Source of the DNA: an uncultured Alphaproteobacteria bacterium
Lineage (GTDB): Bacteria; Pseudomonadota; Alphaproteobacteria; Rhizobiales; Hyphomicrobiaceae
Length of the DNA: 64,000 nt
Assembly (NCBI GenBank): GCA_963722495.1
Contig: CAVRND010000008.1
Span: 6,355-70,354, forward strand
Direction of reading: 5' to 3'
The notes under the pieces were generated by a model. The model saw only the letters and a program-made list of their open reading frames with translations, was not told the DNA's origin and did not search any database. Both the position numbers and the translations under genes were made by a program. This document shows positions 9,058 through 19,547 of this stretch, piece after piece; position 1 is the first letter of the stretch, and the number at the start of each line of letters is the position of its first letter.

Positions 9058-10872
9058 ATGCTTCACGTACCTACGGATCTTGCGCGTCACGCGATCGAAA
9101 TCAGGAGCCAACCCTCGCAGGCCCACTGGTCGCTCGCTGCCCTGCGTGATGTGATCCGTTGGCGCCGCTCGACGATCATTTGGTCAGTGATTGCGGTGCT
9201 CGTGCCCGCAGTCATCTATCTGGCGGCGGCATCACCGATGTACACGGCGACTGCCGTGCTGATGACCGACACGAAACGCTCGCCGGCTTATGGAGCCGAC
9301 GGCGCTGCCGACACCAGCGTCGACATGGTCGTCGTCGAGAGTCAGGTCGAGACCCTCAAGTCCGACACGATCGCGCTGGCGGTCATCGATAAGCTGCGCT
9401 TGTGGGAGGATCCCGAGTTCGTCGGCAAAGGACCGACGCTTTGGTCCTACGTCATGGGGCTGCTGCGCCCGTCCGGCACCAAGCGACCGGCGACGCAGGA
9501 CATCAAACGCCAGATCGCCGCCGGGAACTTCAAGAAGGCGCTCCAAGTCCAGCGCGCCGGCCGCAGCTACGTGTCGGAGATTTCCTTCACCTCGCTCGAT
9601 CCCAACAAGGCGGCAGCCATCGCCAATGCGATCGCGCAAGCCTACATCGTCGATCAGCTCAGTGCGAAGCTGCAGGTCGCTCAGCGTTCCAGTGATTGGG
9701 TCGAGAATCGCGTCGGCGAATTGCGCCAGCGGGCGAGTGATGCGGCGAAGGCTGTCGCTGAATATAAGAGCGCAAACGGCATCGCCGGAGATGGAGACAA
9801 CACGTCGTCAAATGATCAAGCGGCGGGGACCGCACAGCAGCGCCTTCGCGAGCTCGAAGCTGCGGCGCAGAGCGCCAGGACGGTCTACGAGACATTTCAG
9901 AACCGCTACACCCAAAGTGTCCAGCTTCAGCAACAATCTTTCCCCGTCACTGAAGCTCGGGTTCTCGCCGAGGCTGTGCCCCCGCTCTCCAAGAGCGCGC
10001 CCAAGACGAGCCTAATTCTGCTGCTGGCTGCGGTCGCCGGTGCCTCGCTCGGACTGGTTGCTGCCTTTACGCGTGAGCAGTTGGAGCGACTTGTGCGCAC
10101 GCCGCGGCAGCTCGAGCGCGAGCTCGGCGTGCGGGTTATCGGTTTTTTGCCGAGCGTGAGGCGCCGCCGCTCGCTGCTGTCCCGCGGCGGCCCCTTGCAC
10201 CTGATCGAGGAGTCTAAGCCGGCATCGCTGTCCGGACGGGTGCGACCGCTCTCGCAGGCCGGCGAGGGCGTCAGGGGAATTAAAGTGGCCATCGATCGAT
10301 ATGGCGGTGGCAGTCAGGCGCTCGTGATCGGCATCTCCTCGCCGCACCCCGGCACCGGTAAGACGACGCTCGCCTACAATCTTGCCTTGCTCGCCGCGCG
10401 ATGCGGTAATCGTACGCTGCTGATCGATGGCGATCTGCGCCGATCAACGTTGACGCGAAGCATTGCACCCCAGCACGAGCACGGCATAACCTCGCTTCTC
10501 ACCGGAAAAGCCGATCCTTCGAGCTGTCTCGTCGCGCACGCCGACAATCTGCATTTTCTCGGCGCGTTCCCGGCGCCTGATGCCGGCGGCCATCCTTCTG
10601 ACGCTCTCGCGTCCCCTGCAATGGCCTCAACCCTCGACGGCATGCGGCATGCCTACGACTACATCTTCGTCGATTTGCCGCCCTTGTTGAATTGTGTCGA
10701 CGTGCGCGCGTCTGCGCCGATGATCGGCGCGTTCATCCTGGCCCTTGAATGGGGACGGACGTCTCTCGACGATCTCGACCGAGCCCTTGCAAGCTGCGAC
10801 ATCGTCGTCGAGCGTTTGCTGGGCGTTGCGGTCAATAAGGTGGCGGTCGCAGAAATGGCCCGTCGCTATTAG
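9058..10872 (+). CDS. Polysaccharide co-polymerase / BY-kinase (Wzc/ExoP-like)
   Basis: Wzz N-terminus, two TMs, Walker A PGTGKTT, LLIDGDLRR, YDYIFVDLPP. Confidence 0.9.
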   Translation: MLHVPTDLARHAIEIRSQPSQAHWSLAALRDVIRWRRSTIIWSVIAVLVPAVIYLAAASPMYTATAVLMTDTKRSPAYGADGAADTSVDMVVVESQVETLKSDTIALAVIDKLRLWEDPEFVGKGPTLWSYVMGLLRPSGTKRPATQDIKRQIAAGNFKKALQVQRAGRSYVSEISFTSLDPNKAAAIANAIAQAYIVDQLSAKLQVAQRSSDWVENRVGELRQRASDAAKAVAEYKSANGIAGDGDNTSSNDQAAGTAQQRLRELEAAAQSARTVYETFQNRYTQSVQLQQQSFPVTEARVLAEAVPPLSKSAPKTSLILLLAAVAGASLGLVAAFTREQLERLVRTPRQLERELGVRVIGFLPSVRRRRSLLSRGGPLHLIEESKPASLSGRVRPLSQAGEGVRGIKVAIDRYGGGSQALVIGISSPHPGTGKTTLAYNLALLAARCGNRTLLIDGDLRRSTLTRSIAPQHEHGITSLLTGKADPSSCLVAHADNLHFLGAFPAPDAGGHPSDALASPAMASTLDGMRHAYDYIFVDLPPLLNCVDVRASAPMIGAFILALEWGRTSLDDLDRALASCDIVVERLLGVAVNKVAVAEMARRY

Positions 10873-12106
10873 CGGCCTCTCCGTGCTCGGCCAAGCGATC
10901 GCTGCCCGGAACTTTCGGGCTCGCCACAGATCGCCGGTAAATTCCACCGAGGAACTTCTCGAAGGCGCGGCCAAGCCGCTCGGGGCTGTAATGCCGACAC
11001 CGCTCGATTGCACCGGCCTGCACCCGGGCGAGGAGGGCCCTATCCTGCGCGAGCGTACGTAGGCAGTCGGCCAGGCCGCGATCGTCTCCTGCACGGAAAG
11101 TGAGGCCACTTTTGCCGACTTCGACGATCTCGGGGAGAGCACCAGAACGTGCGGCGACGACGGGTACGCCGTGGGCAAAAGCTTCTATGCAGACGCGCCC
11201 GAAGGGCTCGTCCCACAACGAAGGAACGACCAGCACGTCAATGGCGGGATAGAAGGCCGCCGGATCCGACCAGCCAAGGAAGCGAGCCCGGCCCTCCGGA
11301 AAGATCGCCGACAGTTTCTTTGCGTAGGCCACCGGCCCGTCGCCAGCGATCACATAGTCAAACGGCCCTGCCTCTCCGAGATGCGCTGCGGCGCGTGCGA
11401 GTGTTTCGACACCTTTGTTCGGCGTGACCATGCCGATGTAGCCGATCCGGATCCTTTCGGTTTGCGGGCGCGGCTCGCTGCGCATCGGCCAATCGATCGC
11501 GGCGGGTACCACTTGTTGTCTTGCCCGGACGAAGTAGCCCGCCTCGGCATGCCTATCGAGCATGTGCTGTGACTCTGCGACGACACCATCGACGAGTTGC
11601 GACATAAGCTTTTTGCCGACAGACGTGCAGCGGCACTGCGCGCACTGCCGCGTGCAATTCTTGCCGTCACGAAACATGGTGCCGCGCCAGCACAACAGGA
11701 AGTGGCTTTGCACGACGTGCGCCGTGGGAACGCCGAGGGCTCTGGCAGCGAGCCAAGTGGCCACATTGATGTTCTCGCAGCTAATCGTCATCACGACGTC
11801 CGGCCGCACACTTGCGATCTCGCGACGCATGTGCAGGTACGCCCTCGGGTTTCCGTTCTCGAGTGCATGCCACGCGAGCTTCTTGTAGGCTGGGTTGCTC
11901 TTCCAATAATTCGAGTACACGTTGAGCGACGGCAACGTATGGATCGCGATGCCATCGCGCAATTCGCTGCTGTTCGCGTTCTCCACCGTAACGACGTGCA
12001 CCGAATGCCCGCGCGCGCTAAGCGCCCGCGCGATGCTCTCGGATGCCGCGGGGCCACCGCCCTTACCCGATGGCGGGTACGCAGCGCACGCCAAAAGGAG
12101 CCGCAT
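10832..12106 (-). CDS. Family 4 glycosyltransferase
   Basis: MRLLLACAAYPPSGKGGG, NKGV, VVPSLWDEPFGRVCIEAFAHGVPVV. Start 12106 preferred because the longer ORF start overlaps the promoter motif. Confidence 0.9.
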   Translation of the reverse strand: MRLLLACAAYPPSGKGGGPAASESIARALSARGHSVHVVTVENANSSELRDGIAIHTLPSLNVYSNYWKSNPAYKKLAWHALENGNPRAYLHMRREIASVRPDVVMTISCENINVATWLAARALGVPTAHVVQSHFLLCWRGTMFRDGKNCTRQCAQCRCTSVGKKLMSQLVDGVVAESQHMLDRHAEAGYFVRARQQVVPAAIDWPMRSEPRPQTERIRIGYIGMVTPNKGVETLARAAAHLGEAGPFDYVIAGDGPVAYAKKLSAIFPEGRARFLGWSDPAAFYPAIDVLVVPSLWDEPFGRVCIEAFAHGVPVVAARSGALPEIVEVGKSGLTFRAGDDRGLADCLRTLAQDRALLARVQAGAIERCRHYSPERLGRAFEKFLGGIYRRSVASPKVPGSDRLAEHGEAANSDGPFLRPPPY

Positions 12107-12187
12107 GCGACCCGCGCGCGCCGCGCCTGGAAGTGGCTCGTCCGAAAGCTCCAAGGCGCATCCCCATGTCCGGTGGACTCCGCCCAT

Positions 12188-12214
12188 GGAACGGATCGGT
12201 CGTAGGGTCGTTCC
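12188..12214. promoter_or_regulatory. Overlapping divergent EcfG-type promoter pair
   Basis: Plus 12188-12212: GGAAC-N16-CGTT. Minus 12214-12190: GGAAC-N16-CGTT. Confidence 0.7.
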
Positions 12215-12375
12215 CGGGACCAATGCGCGCAGGAGGCAGACCTAAGCGGTGATCCCAGGCTGGGGTCGATAGCTGGGCAGCCGCGCCTGGATTGGCGGCA
12301 CAACCGGCCGGATCTGGGGCGCGTTCACAGTTTTGCCATTGGAATCAACTACGTGCCTCCGAAAAGGAGCCAGCG

Positions 12376-12627
12376 ATGCAGCTTCCCCCTTTCGACGCTT
12401 TTGATGCCGATGTGCTTCGGCTCATGACAGCGGCCCTCGATACGGCCGTCGCAAAATACTACGGGTCCTTGGTCGACGACGACCAGCGGCGGACCATGGC
12501 GCGCCGTGTTGTCTTCGCTGCCGGGCACGGCGACCGGGACCTCGATATTTTGGCGCGCGCGGCCCTCAATCCCGCGCACGCCCTTGCCGGTCTTCGTCTT
12601 CCCACACCTCATCGCAGCTCGGCGTGA
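12376..12627 (+). CDS. Small helical hypothetical protein
   Basis: RBS AAGGAG; FDADVLRLMTAALD...GDRDLDILARAAL pattern shared with 13403 and 25653. Confidence 0.7.
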   Translation: MQLPPFDAFDADVLRLMTAALDTAVAKYYGSLVDDDQRRTMARRVVFAAGHGDRDLDILARAALNPAHALAGLRLPTPHRSSA

Positions 12628-12802
12628 CGCGGCGCTCCTGCCGCCGCAGCTTCAAACCCATCATCGCGTTCTGTGATGCCTTCGCCACACGAGGGCGCTC
12701 CGTGTCGTTGCCACGACATTGCCACGCACACGCCCCGCTTACGGCCCACGATCCAGTCAGCGTGGATTTCGCCAGGGGATGGTAGCGGCTTCGGGGGAAG
12801 TG

Positions 12803-13150
12803 ATGCAGGACACAATTGCAACCGTCATCCTTGCCGGGATGATGTTCATACCGCTCGTCAACGTCTTCGTCGGGATCATCGTCGGAGCCGGGCTCGCCGG
12901 GCTATCTGGCGGTATGCTAGGGCTCGCACTGGCGATTGCCGTGACGGCCGCGGTAAAGCTGGTCGGTGGATGGCGTGGTTGGTTTGATGTCGTTTGCGAG
13001 AGCGATGCCGCCGTTGTCAGCGTGCAACCGTCCGCTATTGCTCGATCGACCAGGCGGCGCAGGTTGCCCAGACGACATTTGGTTTGGCCTACCCAAACAC
13101 CGGTGCCAAACACGCAAATGCCGGAAAGTCGGATGCGCACGTTGCATTGA
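12803..13150 (+). CDS. Small membrane protein
   Basis: Long hydrophobic N-terminal half; purine-rich RBS. Confidence 0.55.
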   Translation: MQDTIATVILAGMMFIPLVNVFVGIIVGAGLAGLSGGMLGLALAIAVTAAVKLVGGWRGWFDVVCESDAAVVSVQPSAIARSTRRRRLPRRHLVWPTQTPVPNTQMPESRMRTLH

Positions 13151-13402
13151 GTGCGCCGCGGCTGAGCGTCTCACGCAGGGGAGATTATCCCGGCGACGCC
13201 CAACCACCGCACGAGCGCTTCATGGCCAGGTCGCTGTGCTCCGCATGATGGACCATCGAGAGCGGCGGAAACCGATGTCCATGGTCGACGTCATTGTCAC
13301 CGACGCTGTCTTCGCAGACTTCACAAACAGAGGCTGTTGAGTCCCCTCCCGGCAGCCAGTGCAGGCCTCCGGCGTCGCCGATCCTGGCGTCGGGGCTTTC
13401 TC

Positions 13403-13660
13403 TTACCTTCGATGGTTGCGTTGGAGATGACCGATGATCCGGTCATCCGTCGCAAGCAGAGCGATCCTCCTCAGGTGCTCCGGGGCGCGCAAGCCGTCGT
13501 CGACGGCCCGCATGATCAGGAATGCCATCGCATCGCGCGTAGCCTGCTCGTCGCCGCCCCCGCCGGGACGCCTCTTCGCCTCTTGCCACGCGCTGTCGAG
13601 CGCCGACGTCATCAGCGTCAACAGCTCAGGTCCGTAAAAACGGCCACCCCCGAACGGCAT
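13403..13660 (-). CDS. Small helical hypothetical protein (similar to 12376)
   Basis: RBS GAGGGGG; YGPELLTLMTSALD...GLRAPEHLRRIAL. Confidence 0.7.
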   Translation of the reverse strand: MPFGGGRFYGPELLTLMTSALDSAWQEAKRRPGGGGDEQATRDAMAFLIMRAVDDGLRAPEHLRRIALLATDDRIIGHLQRNHRR

Positions 13661-13748
13661 GCCCCCTCGACTGCCAGCTTCACCCCGACTTCATGTTGTC
13701 GTGAGGTCACGGCAGCAATGCGACCTTGAACGACAGCTAGCGGTAGCT

Positions 13749-13773
13749 GGAACCAGGCACGGCAGTCGGCGTT
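13749..13773 (+). promoter_or_regulatory. EcfG-type promoter motif
   Basis: GGAAC-CAGGCACGGCAGTCGG-CGTT. Confidence 0.6.
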
Positions 13774-13927
13774 TCAGGCCGGAAGTCTCGCTGGCTTCGC
13801 TGACCTACCGTGTCGCTTTTTCCCGGTAGCCCGCCGAGCCCGAGGGGCAGTTTCGTGCTGCGGGGCTCGCTTTGTTGCAGCCGAAGCGGTGCCAGCCCGC
13901 ACAACAGTTTCGTAAGGGGGAACGTCC

Positions 13928-14086
13928 ATGGACATCAAAGGTGTTGTGTTCGTTGTGGCGATCATCGTCTTGATCGCAGGGGCCATGTGGTACTTCGCCG
14001 CCGAGCCAACGGCGACAACCACCACAACAAGCTCAGCCACATCCGCAGCGACGACGTCGGAAACGCCGTCGCCCATCGCTCCCTAG
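13928..14086 (+). CDS. 52-aa single-TM protein with Thr/Ser-rich tail
   Basis: RBS AAGGGGG; MDIKGVVFVVAIIVLIAGAMWYFAAEPTATTTTTSSATSAATTSETPSPIAP; below ORF-track cutoff. Confidence 0.7.
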   Translation: MDIKGVVFVVAIIVLIAGAMWYFAAEPTATTTTTSSATSAATTSETPSPIAP

Positions 14087-14414
14087 AGATTTACCAGCGG
14101 GGGACGGCTGAGTTCCGGTCGCAAGGCCGGAGCTCGGCCGCTCGTGCGCCGACGGATCTATTCCCGGGCGTCATTCGCTTCGGGCGGCGGTGCGTCATAC
14201 ATCACAGTCGCGAGATCCCGTTCGGCGGTAACCAGGACCTCATCGCTTATCTGCCCCGCGACAATGGCTGGAGCTGGCGCAGGCTCATCGACTTGAATCT
14301 CTCGTAGTCTTTGTGCGCAAGAACCCGCCACCCACAACCAGAACCGATGTCGACGCCGCTTCCAATGTGATGATCCGCGACGTGGTTCCGTTGGCCCGTT
14401 CGTGCGAGACGGTG

Positions 14415-15318
14415 TTACCGCGCCTGCGGGTCGCCCTGTGCGCCTTTGTCCGTCCAGCCCGGCGGCAAGCCAAACTTACCCGCCAGCATGTCGGTCACGC
14501 CCTTGCGTCCGAAGGCGTCGCAGACCGCTTCTTTGGGAGCTCCGCCGAACATCGACTTCACGCGATGCATAGCCGGGAGCGAGGGCATTTTGGTGCGAAA
14601 GGGATTATCGCCCGTGACCAGCAGCTCGCTGAAATCATCGCCAAAAGATGCGGCGAGCTCATAGGCATCTCCCACCGGGGATACCCGCGTCGTGCCGAAG
14701 AAAGAATTGGCACCCTTCGCCCACAACATGGCCGCCTTCTGCTGGCCGGACGGATCGATAGCCTCACCTTCCAATGCAATCCCACCCAAACCGATCGGAA
14801 CGCGCACCGACGGGATCGGCACGGATGTCTCTATGGTCCCCGTGTTGGTCAGGACGGATTTGCCGATATCAAGCACCTTCGAGGTTGCCGCCGCCGTCTC
14901 GTCCGTCGGGACGATGCTCGCAATCGACACGTGCACGGTCAGGTCGGCCGTCTGCGGCGGCAAAACGATATGAAAGCGATCGCTGAGCCCAATACAGACC
15001 GAGCGGTCCACCGCATTGGCAACGAGCTTCTTGTCCTTCTCCGAAAGTTTGGTCTCGCTGGCCGATTCGGGAAAAAGTCGTTGGGGCAATGAGCACCGTC
15101 CTGGCCGCTAGTATCGCGTCCTTGTCGACGCGCACACGCGATTTGCGCCCGTTGAACTTGCTATCGGCAGGCTGTAGCCGCTCGTAAGAGGACAACGACC
15201 CGGTCTGTGCCAGTGGAACGGTGGTGCAAGCGGAGATGACTGGCAGCAGTGACAGGACAGGCCACAAAGTGATTCCATACGTCGGTGTTGAACGAAATTC
15301 GTTCGGCTGAAGCGCCAT
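14415..15318 (-). CDS. DUF3313-like lipoprotein, frameshift ~15085
   Basis: Lipobox VISAC, GSLSSYERL, RVPIGLGGIALEGEA, AAMLWAKGAN. Confidence 0.7.
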
Positions 15319-15458
15319 CGGCCAGTCCCCCTGTTTCCCACGCAGGGAGGCTTACGCGCGTTGCTTTGCTCGTGTGTTGCTCCAATGTGTCCCAACCGGG
15401 GCCCTGGGCAGATCGCGTGTCGAGGGAAAAGGTCCGGCGCGGGCGGAAGAAGTGATCG

Positions 15459-16722
15459 TCAAGCGACGGAGCGAACCGCGCCGCTATCGTCCGCGGGGAT
15501 GGTCACCTCAATCATACTCGGACGCGTTGGGGATACGGCAACAACGACCCCTCCGCCGTGTTGCCGGGCGATCTGGTGAACAAGTGCGAGCCCTAGTCCA
15601 GATCCTTGCGACCGCGTACCCCGCAGACGGTAGAATGGCGCGAATACCCGCTCTTGCTCGCTCGGCGGGATGCCTGGTCCTCCATCGCTCACTGTCAGAA
15701 CGGCTCGCTGTCCCCGTCGGCGAACCCGGATCTCAACGGGAGGGGATCCGTGCAGCTGGGCATTTTCGATGAGGTTCCGGATCAGTCGCCGCAATAGTGT
15801 CGGGTCGCCAGGGACGACGACAGGGTCGCCCGTGATATCGAACTCAGCGCAACGCGCACCCTCCTCGGCGGCGAGCGCCAGCAGATCCACCTCTTCGCGA
15901 ACATCGAGCTCCCTGACAGCATCGAGGCGGCTAGAGAGCAAGATTTGCTCGATTAGCGCATCGATTTCGGTGACGTCCTTTTCCAGATCGGCCTTGCGCT
16001 TGGGGTCCGCGACGTCTTTGAGCAGCTCAGCCGTCAGGCGCAGGCGCGACAGCGGCGTTCTGAGCTCATGAGAAACATTGGCGAGCAACAGCTTGTGTGC
16101 TCCGACCAGCATCTCGATCTGTGCCGCGGCGCTGTTGAAGCTTTCCGCCAGGCGTGCCGACCTCGTCGCAGCCTTCGACTTTTACCCGCGCCGTAAGGTC
16201 GCCTGATCCCAATGCCTCTACGCTCAGATTGCAGGCGTTCGAGCCGGCGCGTCACGCGCCGCACGACCGGATAGCAAAGAAGCGCGATCAGGAGTGCCCA
16301 CAGGGACAAACAATTTCACCTTCTCGATAGATCTCTTGCGTCGGAGAGAATCCTCGTGCCTCGATCCAGGCTCCATTGCTTAGCCGAATACCAATGGCAG
16401 GCCTGATGGCCACGTAGACGTTTTCTCCGCCCCCATCGCCGACGGCGTCGATGAGACGACTGTCAGCGCCAAAAAGGGCAAAGTCGACGCCTACTGTGTT
16501 GGATAGATCGGTGAGGAAGCGGCGGCGGGCGACCGGATCTGAGTCGGGAGATAGCAAACGGCGCAACTCGAAAGTGGCGACGCTCTCGAGAACAATTTGG
16601 GCATCATTCTTGCGTCCTGACAAATGCCAGAGACCAATGATCCCGAAGACGACAATCAAGAGTGCCCCGAACATCGTCAGGTAAAGTTGGTAGTGAAATC
16701 GGGTGTAGATCTTGCGGGTCAA
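15459..16722 (-). CDS. Sensor histidine kinase (TM-HAMP-HisKA-HATPase), frameshifts ~16310, ~16175-16150
   Basis: NVSHELRTPL H-box, NLIENA, VSDGGPGIP, GSGLGLAL; start overlaps the response regulator stop. Confidence 0.88.
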
Positions 16723-17405
16723 TCCTGCGTCCTCGCGAACACGTATCCGGTGCCCCGAACGGTAATGATCCGGCGCGGCTTCTTCGGATCGTCTTCGATG
16801 TTCGCCCGGATGCGCGAGATGTGGACGTCGATCGACCGGTCGAACGCCTCGAGGGTCTCACCCTTCACGAGGTCCATGAGCGCCTCGCGTGCCATGACGC
16901 GGCCGGGGCGCTCGGCGAGCGCAACGAGCAGCTCGAACTGATAGTTCGTCAACCCCCGCGCGACACCATCGATACGCGTCTCGCGTCCGCCGCGATCGAT
17001 TTCGAGCCGGCCGAACGCCAACACGTCGCCCTTCTGCGCGTCTTTGCCCCGCCGCAAGATCGCCCGCAAGCGCGCCAACAGCTCGCGGGGCTCGAAGGGT
17101 TTGGGTAGATAGTCGTCCGCCCCCAGCTCCAGTCCGATGATCCGATCCATGGCTTGCCCGCGCGCCGTCAGCATCAGGATCGGCGTCGTCGCCGCTCCGC
17201 GCACTTGGCGGCACACCTCAAGGCCATCGACGTCGGGGAGCATCACATCCAGCACTATGGCGTCGAAGCCATCGCGCGCGTGCAACTTCAGTCCCGCGCC
17301 GCCGCTGGCAGCGTGCGAAACAGCAAATCCTGCGCCGCCGAGATACTCGCGCAACATCTCGGCGAGTCGCATGTCGTCCTCGATCAGGAGGATCTGTTGC
17401 ATCAT
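16719..17405 (-). CDS. OmpR/CpxR-family response regulator
   Basis: ILLIEDD, LDVMLP, LMLTA, GADDYLPKPF, DRSIDVHISRIR, TVRGTGY. Confidence 0.95.
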   Translation of the reverse strand: MMQQILLIEDDMRLAEMLREYLGGAGFAVSHAASGGAGLKLHARDGFDAIVLDVMLPDVDGLEVCRQVRGAATTPILMLTARGQAMDRIIGLELGADDYLPKPFEPRELLARLRAILRRGKDAQKGDVLAFGRLEIDRGGRETRIDGVARGLTNYQFELLVALAERPGRVMAREALMDLVKGETLEAFDRSIDVHISRIRANIEDDPKKPRRIITVRGTGYVFARTQD

Positions 17406-17539
17406 AGCCTTTAAGTTGGGCACCCCGGCTCCAGAGGACTCACACCTACGGCCAAAATGCGTCGGAGGCGGGCAGGGCAGCAGACGTGGTTAGCGGGCGT
17501 CGTGCCGAAGGCGGCGCATTCCGGCAAATCTCATCGCGT

Positions 17540-17554
17540 GTAAAGTTTTGTAAA
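17540..17554. promoter_or_regulatory. GTAAA-N5-GTAAA direct repeat (CpxR/OmpR-type box)
   Basis: GTAAAGTTTTGTAAA upstream of the response regulator; near copy at 18328-18342. Confidence 0.55.
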
Positions 17555-17688
17555 CCGCGGTGATAACGCCCCCGCGTTTCGCCAAGACGCCTGTGCGCGC
17601 TCGCCCTTCGCATGGCTTTACCTGCCAGACAAACAGCAGAAATAACCGCCGCTCAAACTGGCGCGCCATTGAAAATGGAGGGCTGTTC

Positions 17689-17838
17689 TTGAGCAAAAAC
17701 GATCCTGAGAACGAGACCGGGCTTTACGAAAGCGAGCCGGAGATGAGCCGCCTCGGAGCCATAGGACTTGTTGTGGCGATGGCATTTTTGACCCTGCTGA
17801 TGGGTGCCCTCGTCTACGTGATAACGGGACTGCAGTGA
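17689..17838 (+). CDS. Small C-terminally anchored membrane protein
   Basis: RBS GGAGGG, TTG start, one TM. Confidence 0.55.
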   Translation: MSKNDPENETGLYESEPEMSRLGAIGLVVAMAFLTLLMGALVYVITGLQ

Positions 17839-17842
17839 GCTG

Positions 17843-18300
17843 ATGCAGCTTGCGCCGCTGCGCCCGAGACGAGCGGCGGCGCGCGCCCCCATCTGCTTCA
17901 TCCTTTCACTATCGTGCCTGCCAAGCTGCGCCGAGCCCCAGATCCGGCCCGCGGGCGCGATGTCCGCTACGTCGCCGAGTGGTGCCGGGTTGGCGGGAGC
18001 GACCGTCCGGTGGCCCGGAAACAGAATTGGGGCTGCCAACAGATCGAACGGGCGATCGCGAATCTGATCACCGCAATGGAGGCGGCAAAGGAGCGCGCCG
18101 AAAAGGAAGAGGGGCAAATGGCGCCGACGCTTGAACGTATGTTTGCACGACTTTCCGGTCCTCCGGGAGCCGGCAATGCCGCACTGGCTGAGCTCCGGGA
18201 GACGCGCCGCGACGCCGACCAGCTGAACGACCTGCTGAGAGAAAAAGGATGCGCGCCTTACGTCATCGGCGTCGACGATCCAGCGTTCCTAACGCGATAG
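17843..18300 (+). CDS. Putative lipoprotein, helical hairpin with two Cys, frameshift ~18010
   Basis: Signal-like ...LSCLPSC in the 17843 frame; WGCQQ...LREKGC in the 17914 frame. Confidence 0.5.
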
Positions 18301-18327
18301 ACGACGTGCAGCCACTCGCTCTCTCTC

Positions 18328-18342
18328 TTCACAAAACTTTAC
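18328..18342. promoter_or_regulatory. Second CpxR/OmpR-type box
   Basis: TTCACAAAACTTTAC, 14/15 identical to the reverse complement of 17540-17554. Confidence 0.5.
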
Positions 18343-18390
18343 GCCGCCGAAAGACGCCGGCAACCGGCGCCTGCAAACCTGCGGCCAACC

Positions 18391-18912
18391 GTGGACCTCA
18401 CATGCAATCATTTTTCACGCCCTGCCGCACTGCTGGCTCTGTTGGCGCAAGCCGTGCAGCCGATAAGCGCGGCACCTCAGGAGATGTTCGGCTCAATGTC
18501 GGGCTTCTGGATAGGCCCCGGACGCATCGAATTCGATGCAGGTACGTCAGAGGCGCTCCTGTGCAAGGCCTACTACACGACCTCGCATCAGACCGACCGG
18601 CTCAGCATCGTCCTCCGCTGCGCCAGCCCTTCCCAGAAGATTGAATTGCGGGCCCAGTTGGTCGCCAACGGACCCAATTTGACCGGGACCTGGGAGGAAC
18701 GGACCTACAACGCCAGCGGAACCGTCACCGGCCAAGCGAAGGATCAGCAGATATCTCTTTCGATCGACGGCGGCGGCTTCACCGCCACGATGCAGGTGAT
18801 TCAAGACGAAGGACAACAGAGCGTGTCCATCACGACGCAAGGCGTCGGCTTCAAAAAGGTCAGCGTTTCTCTCACCCGCAGCGCGAGCGGTCACAAGGAC
18901 AAGCGCAACTGA
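18391..18912 (+). CDS. Secreted beta-rich hypothetical protein
   Basis: Signal peptide; GFWIGPG, LRCAS, LTGTWEERTYN. Confidence 0.75.
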   Translation: MDLTCNHFSRPAALLALLAQAVQPISAAPQEMFGSMSGFWIGPGRIEFDAGTSEALLCKAYYTTSHQTDRLSIVLRCASPSQKIELRAQLVANGPNLTGTWEERTYNASGTVTGQAKDQQISLSIDGGGFTATMQVIQDEGQQSVSITTQGVGFKKVSVSLTRSASGHKDKRN

Positions 18913-18983
18913 AGATCAAAGGCAGTCCTCGCACGAAGCTCGATCAGGCTCCGTGAACGCAGTCCCTACTTTGAGAGGTAGAT

Positions 18984-19382
18984 ATGAATTTGCGCCGGGC
19001 GGCTCTTCGACTGTTTACGGCCACGAACTATGTGGTGACAGCAATGGTGTTCTTGCCGTCTTTGCCAATGCCCTCGGGCCACGCAGAGGATGCCCGCAAA
19101 GCATCGGTCATCGCCTCGGCCGCCACCGTCGCGGACGGTCGGCCATGGAACATGGAGATGGTTGAAGGCCAACAGAAGTTCAAGCTGACCTTGATGCCGA
19201 ACGGCACGGGCATCATGGAGCCGAGCACTCTCGCACCCGAGCTGAGCTGGTGGCAAAGTGCCGACCGTCTTTGTATCAGACCATCGACCGACAAGGGCGA
19301 GCATTGCGTCACATTGCTCGTTCGCGATGGTGGATACGACGCCGTTGAGAACGACGCCCTCTTCTTCAGGCTTCGCCGCTAA
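18984..19382 (+). CDS. Secreted hypothetical protein
   Basis: RBS GAGGT, signal peptide, ADGRPW, Cys pair. Confidence 0.65.
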   Translation: MNLRRAALRLFTATNYVVTAMVFLPSLPMPSGHAEDARKASVIASAATVADGRPWNMEMVEGQQKFKLTLMPNGTGIMEPSTLAPELSWWQSADRLCIRPSTDKGEHCVTLLVRDGGYDAVENDALFFRLRR

Positions 19383-19547
19383 TTCCGAGAGTCATAAAGG
19401 CCAATTGCCGACGGCTGCGGAGGGCGTGATCGAAGGCATATGCTTAACAGCGCGCCAGCAACATACCTTTACAATGGGTCATGTTTTCGCCGACCCGTTT
19501 GAATAGGTCTCCAATCTCGGGGTGCGCGAGGCGATCCACTTGTTTGC

